A DNA stretch of 40,409 bases from Planctomycetaceae bacterium. GTDB taxonomy: Bacteria; Planctomycetota; Planctomycetia; Pirellulales; Pirellulaceae. Made by a program: the position numbers and the translations under genes. The stretch is taken from positions 1 through 40,409 of the forward strand of contig DTSG01000099.1 of NCBI GenBank assembly GCA_012965455.1, in the 5' to 3' direction. The notes below the pieces were generated by a model, which saw only the letters and a list, made by a program, of their open reading frames with translations, ran no database searches and had not been told where the DNA came from. Positions 32,069 to 40,409 of the stretch are shown one piece after another. The first letter of the stretch is position 1. Every line of letters begins with the position of its first letter.

Positions 32069-33100
32069 ATGCCAAAGGTGTCCAATGCGATTTGCCGCTG
32101 GAGTTCGTTAATTACAGCGAGTCTAGTATTTATTGTTGGTTGTAGTGAGGTTCGTGATTCCAATGAGGCAGTGCAGGCAAATACGGACCAGATGCTCGCC
32201 AACGATGGTAAGTCCCTTACGAAGGTGACATTGCAGTTAAATTGGTTTCCGGAAGCGGAGCATGGCGGTTATTATGCCGCGTTGGTACACGGATTTTTCG
32301 CTGCCGAAGGATTGGATGTAGAAATCATCCCCGGTGGGCCAGGAAGTCCCGTGATTCAAAAATTGGTTGCAAATCAAACAACGTTTGTGGTTGGTAACGC
32401 AGACCAAGTCCTGACTGGAAGAAACCAAGAAGCTGAAGTCACCGCACTGTTTGCCCCAATCCAGATGAGTCCGCGGTGTATCATGGTACATGCGTCTTCG
32501 GGTATCGAGCGGTTGGATGAACTGCAAAATATGACGGTGGCCTTGAGTGCGGGTCGAGCGTTTGCATTGTATATGCAGAAAAAATTATCGCTGAAGGGTG
32601 TCCGAGTGGTCGGTTATCCAGGCAGCATGGCTGTCTTTTTAAATGACAAGAATTTTGCCCAGCAAGGATACGTGTTCAGCGAACCATTCCTTGCTGAACA
32701 GCAAGGTGGTGATCCGCATGTATTGATGGTTTCGGAATTAGGGTTTAATCCCTATGCGAGCTTGCTAATAACCCGTAGTGATACAGTTGACGCTCAGCCC
32801 CAGTTGGTTGCAGCGATGGTTCGTGCAAGCAAGCAAGGATGGCAAACGTATTTAGAGTCCCCCGAGAAAACAAATGCAGCGATCCATCAACAGAATGAAG
32901 AGATGGGGCTAGAGATTCTAGACTATGGCGCTACCGTGCTTAAGGACTTGTGCTTGCCGGATGCAATGCCTGCTGCACAGTTAGGCGACATGACACTGCA
33001 ACGTTGGACCCAACTGCGAGATCAATTAGCAGAAATCGAGCTCGTTGATAAGAATTTGGATGTTAGTAAGGCGTTTACAACAGCAACTGGCCACGAATAG
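32069..33100 (+). CDS. ABC transporter substrate-binding lipoprotein, NMT1/THI5-like (nitrate/sulfonate/taurine/HMP family)
   Basis: Lipoprotein signal SLITASLVFIVGC. NMT1/THI5-like N-terminus: LQLNWFPEAEHGGYYAALVHGFFAAEGLDVEIIPGGPGSP. Confidence 0.8.
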   Translation: MPKVSNAICRWSSLITASLVFIVGCSEVRDSNEAVQANTDQMLANDGKSLTKVTLQLNWFPEAEHGGYYAALVHGFFAAEGLDVEIIPGGPGSPVIQKLVANQTTFVVGNADQVLTGRNQEAEVTALFAPIQMSPRCIMVHASSGIERLDELQNMTVALSAGRAFALYMQKKLSLKGVRVVGYPGSMAVFLNDKNFAQQGYVFSEPFLAEQQGGDPHVLMVSELGFNPYASLLITRSDTVDAQPQLVAAMVRASKQGWQTYLESPEKTNAAIHQQNEEMGLEILDYGATVLKDLCLPDAMPAAQLGDMTLQRWTQLRDQLAEIELVDKNLDVSKAFTTATGHE

Positions 33101-33105
33101 GCAAG

Positions 33106-34572
33106 CTACTCGCCACCCATTTCCGCTGCCCCTGACTTCGCAGATATCGCCTCGACTGGCGGATAATCTTCTTTGGACATGTGTGGTCCGGCCACGGAAC
33201 TAGCGGCACCTTGTCCGTGCGAGTGGGGGTCATTGTAGTGCAAGGATGCATAGTCGACATTGTTGTCTTCTTGGAACATATGCAATGTTTGAGTTGGAAA
33301 TGCAAATTGGATATCAAGTTTTTCGGCAAGCTTCATCACATCAATAAGCAAACGATGTCGCTCACGTAGTTCTGTCGGCCAATCGTCGCATTTAAAAAAC
33401 ATATACAGCAATATATCCACGCTACTCGCGCCGAAGCCGTTTAAGTACACCTGAAAATAATCTTTACGCGTATAAGGATGCCGGCGAATGATCTCGCGAA
33501 TTCCTTCACAAAATGCGTCTATTTGCTCGGGAGTTGTATCATATTGCACGCCAATGGAAGTGTTGAAGCGGCGAAATTCCCGGCGGCCCATGTTGTCTAC
33601 AACCGAGGTCGTCAGGCGACTATTTGGCAAGGTAATCAGAGAGTTATAAAAAGTTCGCACACGAGTACTTCGCATGCCGACGTTTTCAACCGTACCTTCG
33701 ACTCCATCAGAAACAATCCAGTCGCCGATTTCAAACGGGCGATCGGCCAAGACGGTAAGTGACCCAAACAGGTTGCTAAGTGTGTCCTGAGATGCAAACG
33801 CAAGAGCTGCACCCCCAAGTCCTAAACCACCAATGATGGCGGTTACTTCGAGGTCAAATACGTCTGCGAAAAAGATGATGCCAGTACAGACGGTGAAGGT
33901 CTTTAAACATTTTTGGATAAGCGGAACGAGCAAATCGTCAAATTTTGTTCTTGTGCCAAGTGCTTTGTGAGCAATAAACCCAGCGACCCAATCAATGATG
34001 CGAAAGGTTGTCCAGACAGCGGCAAAGACTGTAAAGAGTTTTAACCCGACGGCCAGCACTTTCATGAGTCCTAACGGGAAGCCAATGATCCATGAACCGT
34101 AGTACCACGTCGCCGCTTGTGCCAGCAAACCAATTGGCTTCCAAACTTTTCGCTCGGCGAGTTTATCCGATTCTGTATCCTCCTGGCGACTATGTTTTCG
34201 AGCGAACCGTACTAAGGCACTCAATATGAACCGAGTAGCCATATCGACAAACAAACCTAAGAACACTAATACAAAGCAACTGATCCACTGGTAGTGGGCC
34301 AGCAAAAACCGAGTTGTCAGCAGCGATTCGGGCATCTGTTCCCGAAACGTTTGCTTGAGGCTCTGGTATTTTTCCAACTCGCTGTCGAAGGCATTTGCTG
34401 TCGTTGGCGCGATGGCGGCGCTGTCTAACGCTGCACTATCGTCGTCGGAGCTTTCGCTGCTAGTGGAGGAGCCAAATCCGGGAATAAATTGAGCTTGTAC
34501 GGTCGTTGCACAACTGCAAACCAACCACAAGAGAATTAGATACTGAAAAGATTGTAGGGGTATCCGCCGCAT
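33106..34572 (-). CDS. MscS-family mechanosensitive channel with signal peptide and acidic/Ser-rich N-terminal extension
   Basis: Multiple TM helices. Conserved MscS pore/beta-domain motif: LSNLFGSLTVLADRPFEIGDWIVSDGVEGTVENVGMRSTRVRTFYNSLITLPNS. Confidence 0.85.
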   Translation of the reverse strand: MRRIPLQSFQYLILLWLVCSCATTVQAQFIPGFGSSTSSESSDDDSAALDSAAIAPTTANAFDSELEKYQSLKQTFREQMPESLLTTRFLLAHYQWISCFVLVFLGLFVDMATRFILSALVRFARKHSRQEDTESDKLAERKVWKPIGLLAQAATWYYGSWIIGFPLGLMKVLAVGLKLFTVFAAVWTTFRIIDWVAGFIAHKALGTRTKFDDLLVPLIQKCLKTFTVCTGIIFFADVFDLEVTAIIGGLGLGGAALAFASQDTLSNLFGSLTVLADRPFEIGDWIVSDGVEGTVENVGMRSTRVRTFYNSLITLPNSRLTTSVVDNMGRREFRRFNTSIGVQYDTTPEQIDAFCEGIREIIRRHPYTRKDYFQVYLNGFGASSVDILLYMFFKCDDWPTELRERHRLLIDVMKLAEKLDIQFAFPTQTLHMFQEDNNVDYASLHYNDPHSHGQGAASSVAGPHMSKEDYPPVEAISAKSGAAEMGGE

Positions 34573-34654
34573 TGTATGTTCCGCTTGGTAAACAAAAGAT
34601 TGTCTTTTAACGCTGCGAAGTATATCACTGCAAGGGGAATTAAATACAGACCGA

Positions 34655-35437
34655 TTATTGCTCGAGCTGAAAAGTCCAGCGAGCTAGCAGGGTGCGGCTG
34701 ATCACAGCAACAGCGGTGACCATAGTGACGCCGAGTAGTGAAGATAGAAAAATCGATGCAAATAAGACTTCGGTTTGAAAGTTTTGGCTGCTCATAAAGA
34801 TGTAATACCCAAGTCCCTGCTCATCGATCCCATGACCAGCCATGTATTCGCCAATAACGGCGCCAACAATCGTTAGTCCGCTGGAGATCTTTGCTCCAGT
34901 GACTAAATAGGGGATTGCCTGGGGTAACCGAACCTTGAAAAGAACTTGGTGCGGCGCTGCTCGGTACAATGTCATCAAATCTAACAGGCCTGTATCAACA
35001 CTGCGGAGGCCCGTCGTTACGTTTGTCACGATGGGAAAAAGGCTAATCACTGTGACAATAACAACAATACTGGCCATGCCGCCCCCAAACCAAATAATGA
35101 TCAACGGTGCGATGGCGACGATAGGAACTGTCTGCAAAAAGATCATATATGGGTATACGCCTCGGCGAGCAATTTTGGAAACGGAGAATAACAAGCCGAA
35201 GGTCGTTCCAATCGCCAAGGCCAAGGCAAATCCCGCAAGGGCTGCTTGTGCGGTTATCAGCGTTGCACTCAATAAATCGTCCATTCGCTGGATGCTGATG
35301 GTTATGATTTCCCAAGGACTAGGCAGCAGAATCCGAGGGATCTTCCATATCCAGTCCGCAGCTTGCCACACCGCTAAGAGCAGCAACAAAAATAGTATTG
35401 GGTAGAGGACTACCGAAATCGGGGGTTTCGTTTTCAT
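34655..35437 (-). CDS. ABC transporter permease (SsuC/TauC/ThiX-like, BPD_transp_1)
   Basis: 260-aa polytopic membrane ORF. The start overlaps the ATPase stop (ATGA at 34534-style coupling, here 35434-35437). Its size and architecture are typical of the permease of NMT1-type importers. Confidence 0.85.
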   Translation of the reverse strand: MKTKPPISVVLYPILFLLLLLAVWQAADWIWKIPRILLPSPWEIITISIQRMDDLLSATLITAQAALAGFALALAIGTTFGLLFSVSKIARRGVYPYMIFLQTVPIVAIAPLIIIWFGGGMASIVVIVTVISLFPIVTNVTTGLRSVDTGLLDLMTLYRAAPHQVLFKVRLPQAIPYLVTGAKISSGLTIVGAVIGEYMAGHGIDEQGLGYYIFMSSQNFQTEVLFASIFLSSLLGVTMVTAVAVISRTLLARWTFQLEQ

Positions 35438-36186
35438 AAACCCTCCTGCAGGATACGAGTCACTGCGGCCGTCTTTTCAAGAAACGGAGGTGTATTGCGG
35501 ATGGCTGGGACTCGATCAATGGGCAAATCAATGGCAACATCACCACCCACGGTCCCGTTGGCGTTGAGTACTAACACTCGTTGACTTAGATAAACAGCCT
35601 CGGTGACATTATGGGTTACAAACAAGACCGTCATTTGTTGCGTTTGCCAGATGTGAAGCAGTTCTTGATTCAGTTGTTGCCGCAGTATTTCATCGAGTGC
35701 AGCAAATGGCTCATCGAGCAGCAACGCGTTAGGCTTCATCACCAAGGCTCGAGCAATGGAGACGCGCATCCGCATCCCGCCCGATAGTTCCCGCGGGTAT
35801 TTGTTGATATCGGTAGCGTCAAGTCCGACTAACTTCGCAACCTGTAGTATCCGATCAGACCGGTTTTCCGTAGATTGTTCTTCGAGTTCAAGCGGTAATT
35901 GAATATTGTCAGCAGCGCTGCGCCAAGGAAGCAGCGTAGGATCTTGAAACACAAAAGCTGGTTGTTCACCGCCAAGCTGAACCATTCCCGTGGTTGGGTT
36001 GGTTAGTCCAGCAACGCAACGCAACAATGTAGATTTGCCACAGCCAGATGGTCCGACGATGGAGACCCATTGACCAGCGGGGATGTCACAGGAAACAGAG
36101 TCTAATACTGTAGCGTCGCCGTACTGCATGCTTAGATCATCAATAGTGATGGCAGGTTTGCGTGACATAGAAATAGGCGTAGTCAT
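35434..36186 (-). CDS. ABC transporter ATP-binding protein (SsuB/TauB-like)
   Basis: Walker A: GPSGCGKST. ABC signature: LSGGMRMRVSIARAL. Walker B: LLLDEPFAALD. H-loop: VTHN. Confidence 0.9.
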   Translation of the reverse strand: MTTPISMSRKPAITIDDLSMQYGDATVLDSVSCDIPAGQWVSIVGPSGCGKSTLLRCVAGLTNPTTGMVQLGGEQPAFVFQDPTLLPWRSAADNIQLPLELEEQSTENRSDRILQVAKLVGLDATDINKYPRELSGGMRMRVSIARALVMKPNALLLDEPFAALDEILRQQLNQELLHIWQTQQMTVLFVTHNVTEAVYLSQRVLVLNANGTVGGDVAIDLPIDRVPAIRNTPPFLEKTAAVTRILQEGL

Positions 36187-36220
36187 GGGCGTAGGGGCTT
36201 TGCAGAAACGTTTAGGGAAC

Positions 36221-36230
36221 CACTATAATA
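36221..36230 (-). promoter_or_regulatory. TATTATAGTG box (variant of TATTATAGAG) upstream of the ABC ATPase/permease operon
   Basis: The reverse complement of 36221-36230 is TATTATAGTG, a 9/10 match to the box. It lies 34 nt upstream of ATG 36186. The same bases read TATAAT on the + strand (36224-36229), so the orientation is ambiguous. Confidence 0.3.
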
Positions 36231-36278
36231 GTCACATCATAGACAAACTAGCTACGCTTTTGGCAACAATCAACAATC

Positions 36279-36707
36279 ATGACCGACCCTCTTCCACATC
36301 GAATTGACATTCAAGGCGATTGGCCGTCTGATCTGGCAACGGCTGATCTCGGAATTATTATTATCGACCATGGTTCCCGCCGAGCAGAAAGCAATCAATA
36401 TGTAATTGCAGTTGCTCGGGATTTTCACGAATTCGAGGATTATAGAATTGTTGAACCGGCTCATATGGAACTAGCTCAGCCTGACTTGGCCGCTGCCTAT
36501 GACAAGTGTATTAGCCACGGGGCGAAATATATTGTTGTGCAACCCTACTTTTTAGCACCCGGACGCCATTGGCATGAGCACATCCCGGAACTCGCTGCGA
36601 CGGCGGCAGCCAACCATCCACATACGAGCTGTGTGGTCACCGCACCGCTAGGAATCCATAGTGCCATGCTACAAATAATAGCCGACCGAATCGACCAATC
36701 GTTGTAA
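36279..36707 (+). CDS. CbiX/SirB-type (small) sirohydrochlorin chelatase
   Basis: 142-aa ORF. Motifs: GIIIIDHGSRRAESN (the chelatase His), KYIVVQPYFLAPGRHWHEHIP. The size is typical of short CbiX. Confidence 0.7.
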   Translation: MTDPLPHRIDIQGDWPSDLATADLGIIIIDHGSRRAESNQYVIAVARDFHEFEDYRIVEPAHMELAQPDLAAAYDKCISHGAKYIVVQPYFLAPGRHWHEHIPELAATAAANHPHTSCVVTAPLGIHSAMLQIIADRIDQSL

Positions 36708-36728
36708 CGGCAAAGAGCCAGCCGGTTT

Positions 36729-38864
36729 TCAATGCACGCGTTGTCCGGGGAGGGCGCCTTCGTCGATGGCCAGCATGAACACTTCTTCACCACCAGGCCC
36801 AGCGGCAGCAATCATGCCTTCACTGAGGCCAAACCGCATTTTTCGAGTGGCTAAGTTGGCTACCATGATGACGAGCCGACCCTCTAGATCTGCTGGATCG
36901 TAAGCTTGTTTAATGCCCGCGAATACTTGGCGAGTTTCATTACCACCTAAGCTGAGTGTCAACTTCAACAACTTATTGGCTTCTTCGACATGTTCGGCTT
37001 TAACCACTCGAGCAACTCGCAGATCGATTTTCATAAAGTCATCAAAGCTGATTTCGTCAGCCAACGGTTCATCTTTAAGCGGTTGATCGCTATCGGAGTA
37101 TGGGTGGTTTACGCTAGGTTCCGCGGAAGAATGATCCGTTTCGGAAAGTGCTTGCTGATCCTGCGTAGATTCGGCAGGCGGGTTAGCCACAGATTCAGCA
37201 GCGTCAGCGGCTTGAGCATCGTTTTCTTCACGTGTTTCGTCAATCATGGTTTGCAGGTCTTTCTCTTCGAGTCGTTTTAGCATGTGTTTAAATTTAGCAA
37301 CGGAACTTCCCGTTAGCGGTGTTTTGGATTGTTCCCAACTATTGAGCTGTTCGCCGAGTAGGGATTCTGTTTTATCGACGAGTTCCGGCAGTACCGGGCT
37401 AAGGTAGATAATGATCTGTCGAAACAGATTAATGGCGACGGTGCAGATGTTTTGCAGTTCATCCTGTCTGGCGGGATCTTTCCGCAACTTCCAGGGCTCA
37501 TGTGTTTCTACATATGGATTTGCTCGGTCGGCTAGTTCCATAATAAGTCGCATGGCTAGACTGTAATTGCACGATTCATACGCCTCGGCAATCGCATCTC
37601 CGGCCTCTGCTGCTTGGACAAATAGCCCGCCGTCATCTGGATACTCTGTAGCCAAACCAAGCTCTTGAACGAACTTAGCCGTCCGGCTAGCAAGGTTGAC
37701 GACTTTGCCAACTAGATCGGAATTAACCTTGGCAACGAATTCTTCGATGTTGAAGTCCAAGTCATCAACTTTTCCATTCAACTTGGAAGCATAAAAATAC
37801 CGGAGGTATGTGGGGTCGGTATGTTTGAGATAGGTTTCGGCTTTGATGAATGTGCCGTCGCGTTTCGACATCTTTTTACCAGCCACGGTAAGGAACCCAT
37901 GGATATGTACCTTTGTTGGCAACGTGTAGTCGGCAACCTTAAGCATAGCAGGCCAAAAAAGCGTATGGAAATACGTGATGTCCTTACCGATGAAATGGTG
38001 GATTTCAGTGTCGGCGTTTTTCCACCAGGAGTTTAAGTCACCGCCGGTGCGAGCGCAATATTGTTGGGTGGAAGCGATGTATCCAATGGGTGCATCCCAC
38101 CAAACAAACCAAAAGTGACCTGGATGATCGGGTATTTCAAAACCAAAGTAAGGAGCTGGTCGTGAAATATCCCAATCGCGCAACGGTTCGTGCAAAAAAT
38201 GTCCTTGCAGATAGTTTGCAATTTCCGTTTGTAGATGCTCTCCCGACTGTGACCAGTCTGACAGGAACTCGTGCAACTGTTCAATCATGATAAACAGATG
38301 GTCAGCGGATTTTTCAATGGGAACTGAGCCAGTTAACGTACTGGTGGGATTCTTGAGTTCGCGGGCACTATAGGTCGCTCCGCATTGATCACAGCTATCA
38401 CCATATTGTTCTTCCGCATCACAATGGGGGCAGGTGCCTTGGACAAATCGATCGGCCAAGAAAATGCCCTGCTGGTCGTCAAATAATTGTGTGACTTCTC
38501 GCTGTTCTATAAGCCCAGCGTCTAAAAAAGCTTGCCAGAACTCTTTGCACAATTCATAGTTCTCTGGACAATTCGTACTGCCGTAATTATCGAATTCGAT
38601 TTGGAAATTAGCGAAATCCCGCATGTGTTCTTGTTGAATTTGTTCGATCCACTGTTCTTCAGTACATTGAGTGCGCTGGGCGCTCATCATGATCGCTGTA
38701 CCGTGTGTATCATCGGCACATATATAGATACATTCGTTGCCGCGCAGTTTTTGAAACCGCACCCAGATATCGGTCTGGATGTATTCCACAAGATGGCCAA
38801 TGTGAATAGGGCCATTTGCATAGGGCAAGGCGGAGGTTACGAGTATGCGACGGGGTGTAGACAT
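36729..38864 (-). CDS. metG: Methionine--tRNA ligase with C-terminal EMAP/Trbp111-like tRNA-binding domain
   Basis: HIGH motif: [20 protein letters not shown] motif: KMSKRDG. Zn knuckle: [19 protein letters not shown]-terminal tRNA-binding domain: [28 protein letters not shown]... Confidence 0.95.
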   Translation of the reverse strand: MSTPRRILVTSALPYANGPIHIGHLVEYIQTDIWVRFQKLRGNECIYICADDTHGTAIMMSAQRTQCTEEQWIEQIQQEHMRDFANFQIEFDNYGSTNCPENYELCKEFWQAFLDAGLIEQREVTQLFDDQQGIFLADRFVQGTCPHCDAEEQYGDSCDQCGATYSARELKNPTSTLTGSVPIEKSADHLFIMIEQLHEFLSDWSQSGEHLQTEIANYLQGHFLHEPLRDWDISRPAPYFGFEIPDHPGHFWFVWWDAPIGYIASTQQYCARTGGDLNSWWKNADTEIHHFIGKDITYFHTLFWPAMLKVADYTLPTKVHIHGFLTVAGKKMSKRDGTFIKAETYLKHTDPTYLRYFYASKLNGKVDDLDFNIEEFVAKVNSDLVGKVVNLASRTAKFVQELGLATEYPDDGGLFVQAAEAGDAIAEAYESCNYSLAMRLIMELADRANPYVETHEPWKLRKDPARQDELQNICTVAINLFRQIIIYLSPVLPELVDKTESLLGEQLNSWEQSKTPLTGSSVAKFKHMLKRLEEKDLQTMIDETREENDAQAADAAESVANPPAESTQDQQALSETDHSSAEPSVNHPYSDSDQPLKDEPLADEISFDDFMKIDLRVARVVKAEHVEEANKLLKLTLSLGGNETRQVFAGIKQAYDPADLEGRLVIMVANLATRKMRFGLSEGMIAAAGPGGEEVFMLAIDEGALPGQRVH

Positions 38865-38992
38865 GCGGGCACTAAAGAGAAACTGGTTTTATTGCTCCGT
38901 CATTGTATCGAAGAGCGCAAGTTTGCAAAACCGCAGTCGGTGACCGTGTCTGTTTTACTGTAGTAGCCGGAGTTGTTGCGGCAGAACCCTAT

Positions 38993-39586
38993 TTAACTGG
39001 CGGCGCCGGCAACATGCACTGGCATATATTGTTCAGCAGTGCGTCCTACTTCTTCGGAGCCGCGACGTTGACCGTAGGTTGGCCATGCGGAGATACCATC
39101 GAGCTCGGGCATCAAATCGATGAGCTGACTTACGAGCGTATCGGCAAAAGCTTGCATGCTTTCACAATCAGCGTTTTCTTGGATCGAGACTGCACTTTTC
39201 ATGATGCGAATCAATTGTGCTCGTTGCTGAATGGGGCTAGCAAGTCCTTGATCGGGGACATCAATCAGATCTTTGACGGGTACATCCAGTGCATTGGCCC
39301 AGTTTGTTAGTTCGGTAAGAGTTAGATTTGCCGTTGGCTTTTCTTGCTTACGTAATGTACGTACATCGACTCCGGTATGACGAGCGACACTACGGAGCGA
39401 CATTTCTTGCTGTTGTCGCACAAGGGCGATGCGGTTAACCGTTTGATCCGCTTGATCTACGTCTTTCGAAAAGCGCTTTGGTTTAGCTGACGAATTTGCC
39501 TTAACTCGTTTCGCTACCAGCGAAGAACGCAATGAAGCAGGTGCGATGGCTTCTAGTAAATTAAAGTTGATGTCGACCGTCGCCAT
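38993..39586 (-). CDS. XRE-family helix-turn-helix DNA-binding protein with unknown C-terminal domain
   Basis: 197-aa ORF. HTH segment: LVRQQQEMSLRSVARHTGVDVRTLRKQEK...LTLTELTNWANALDVPVKDLI. It is preferred over the antisense ORF 38903-39310, which has no recognisable motif. Confidence 0.6.
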   Translation of the reverse strand: MATVDINFNLLEAIAPASLRSSLVAKRVKANSSAKPKRFSKDVDQADQTVNRIALVRQQQEMSLRSVARHTGVDVRTLRKQEKPTANLTLTELTNWANALDVPVKDLIDVPDQGLASPIQQRAQLIRIMKSAVSIQENADCESMQAFADTLVSQLIDLMPELDGISAWPTYGQRRGSEEVGRTAEQYMPVHVAGAAS

Positions 39587-39742
39587 AGGTGAAGTCCTTT
39601 GTGGTTTTGAATGCGAAATTTGCCCAGTTCGCGATTCTTCTTTTTCTATTTGTGCTTGTTTGATGCCCTAGCTGCTCCGCGCGTTCCCTATAAAACGGAT
39701 AATTTGCCAAAAAACTATTAAATTATCTAAAAAGGGGCTTTC

Positions 39743-39774
39743 GGTTTTCTGGTAGACAGTCCCGCTGGAAAACC
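39743..39774. promoter_or_regulatory. 7-bp inverted repeat in the XRE/hisI divergent intergenic region
   Basis: GGTTTTC (39743-39749) pairs with GAAAACC (39768-39774) across an 18-nt spacer. No T-tract follows, so it is not a typical terminator. Confidence 0.2.
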
Positions 39775-39831
39775 ACATACTTACTGTGTCAGCCGTAGAA
39801 TGGTGAAAACACAATATTTAAGGGAAAACAC

Positions 39832-40227
39832 GTGGCATCTGAATGTAAAAGCTCCGAAAAGGGTCCCGATTTTAGCAAAAACGGTGGATTACTACCTGCA
39901 ATTGCTCAGGACTCGAAAACACATCAAATATTGATGATGGCGTATATGAACGAAGAGGCGTACCGCGAGACCTGCGAAACGGGTACTGCTGTTTATTACA
40001 GCCGTAGCCGTGAAAAACTATGGCGCAAAGGCGAAGAAAGTGGGCATGTGCAAAAAGTAAAGAAGATCTACGTTGATTGTGATCGTGATACGATTTTATT
40101 AAGCGTCGAACAACAAGGGGTCGCTTGTCACGAAGGATATCGGAGTTGTTTTTATCGAGAAGTGACTGCGGATGGCCTCCGAGTGGTTGCTGAGCGAGTC
40201 GTTGATCCGGCAGACGTCTATAAATAA
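39832..40227 (+). CDS. hisI: Phosphoribosyl-AMP cyclohydrolase (monofunctional HisI)
   Basis: GTG start after AAGGGA. Motifs: [72 protein letters not shown]. Confidence 0.9.
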   Translation: MASECKSSEKGPDFSKNGGLLPAIAQDSKTHQILMMAYMNEEAYRETCETGTAVYYSRSREKLWRKGEESGHVQKVKKIYVDCDRDTILLSVEQQGVACHEGYRSCFYREVTADGLRVVAERVVDPADVYK

Positions 40228-40323
40228 AACTACCGCCCAGTCTTTCATCGCGTGCCAGAGTACCGATAATAGAGTTTCGGTATTGCAACAATCAAAAGCA
40301 AACTAATATATAGCGAGACAAGA

Positions 40324-40409
40324 AGATGAGTGCAGAAGCCCGTGTAGAAGAACTTGGCCTAGAATTACCAACCGCTCCCAAGCCTGGTGGCGTTTACAAA
40401 CCGGTTTTA
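40324..40409 (+). CDS. RidA/YjgF-family protein, N-terminal fragment (continues beyond the window)
   Basis: The ATG at 40324 opens MSAEARVEELGLELPTAPKPGGVYKPV, an N-terminus typical of long-form RidA-family proteins. Only 28 codons are visible. Confidence 0.5.

Noticed and set aside
36224-36229. TATAAT with TTGCAG 18 nt upstream as a + strand promoter for the cbiX-like gene. Likewise, TATAAT at 32000-32005 as a promoter for the SBP gene.
   Set aside because: The same bases read as TATTATAGTG and CATTATAGGG on the minus strand. That matches the recurrent box at the typical distance from the minus-strand starts. At 32007-32035 a much better minus-strand TTGACA-17-GATATT promoter exists. The orientation cannot be settled from sequence alone, so these are not called as + strand promoters.
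36279-36707. The cbiX-like chelatase plus the neighbouring ABC transporter as a cobalt/cobalamin or heme locus
   Set aside because: The genes are divergent. The transporter is of the NMT1/SsuABC type rather than the CbiMNQO/Btu type, and no other tetrapyrrole genes are present. The adjacency is probably coincidental.
38993-39586. The XRE HTH gene as part of a toxin-antitoxin, phage-repressor or defence module
   Set aside because: There is no adjacent small partner ORF, integrase, or phage or nuclease gene. The flanking genes are metG and hisI, which are core housekeeping genes.
1-40409. CRISPR arrays, tRNA/rRNA genes, IS elements, integrases, prophage or known defence-system genes
   Set aside because: Intergenic regions are all 265 bp or shorter and show no repeat-spacer structure or tRNA-like cloverleaf sequence. 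No ORF shows transposase (DDE), recombinase or phage structural motifs. This rests on by-eye inspection only, and a tRNAscan/Infernal/ISfinder run would be definitive.

Overview
The window is a 40.4-kb, almost fully coding chromosomal segment. I call 28 CDS, two of them cut by the window edges. I recognised no rRNA, tRNA, CRISPR array, transposase or integrase. The gene content looks Planctomycetota-like, which is an inference from hallmark families, not a search result. Those families are five DUF1501 paralogs with twin-arginine leaders, two DUF1549/DUF1553 (PSCyt2/PSD1) giants (one with a PSCyt1 CxxCH head), a DUF1559/H-X9-DG protein, and sulfatases. Layout: (i) 1-17612 is a co-directional + strand run of mostly exported enzymes. 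It holds 4 DUF1501 genes, an isochorismatase-ThuA fusion, a Big2-DUF1549-DUF1553 protein, a protein with two PPC domains, a CpdA-like phosphoesterase, an SMP-30 lactonase, a TAT-exported Gfo/Idh/MocA oxidoreductase and a two-domain sulfatase. (ii) A lone FGGY sugar kinase. (iii) A tightly coupled PSCyt1-DUF1549-DUF1553 / DUF1501 / SGNH hydrolase triad. (iv) A minus-strand run: floA, a Cys-less FGE-fold protein, a lipoprotein with a DUF1559 domain, and a PhoD-like phosphatase with a discoidin insert. (v) Housekeeping genes: a split ABC importer, an MscS channel, cbiX-like, metG, an XRE-type HTH gene, hisI and the start of a RidA-like gene. The most unusual items are: floA lacks its usual nfeD partner and is translationally coupled to a secreted FGE-fold protein next to a leaderless DUF1559 lipoprotein; the tandem sulfatase has non-canonical FGly motifs; and a TATTATAGAG-like box recurs upstream of several transcription units. 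All functional calls come from by-eye motif recognition. No database search was run.
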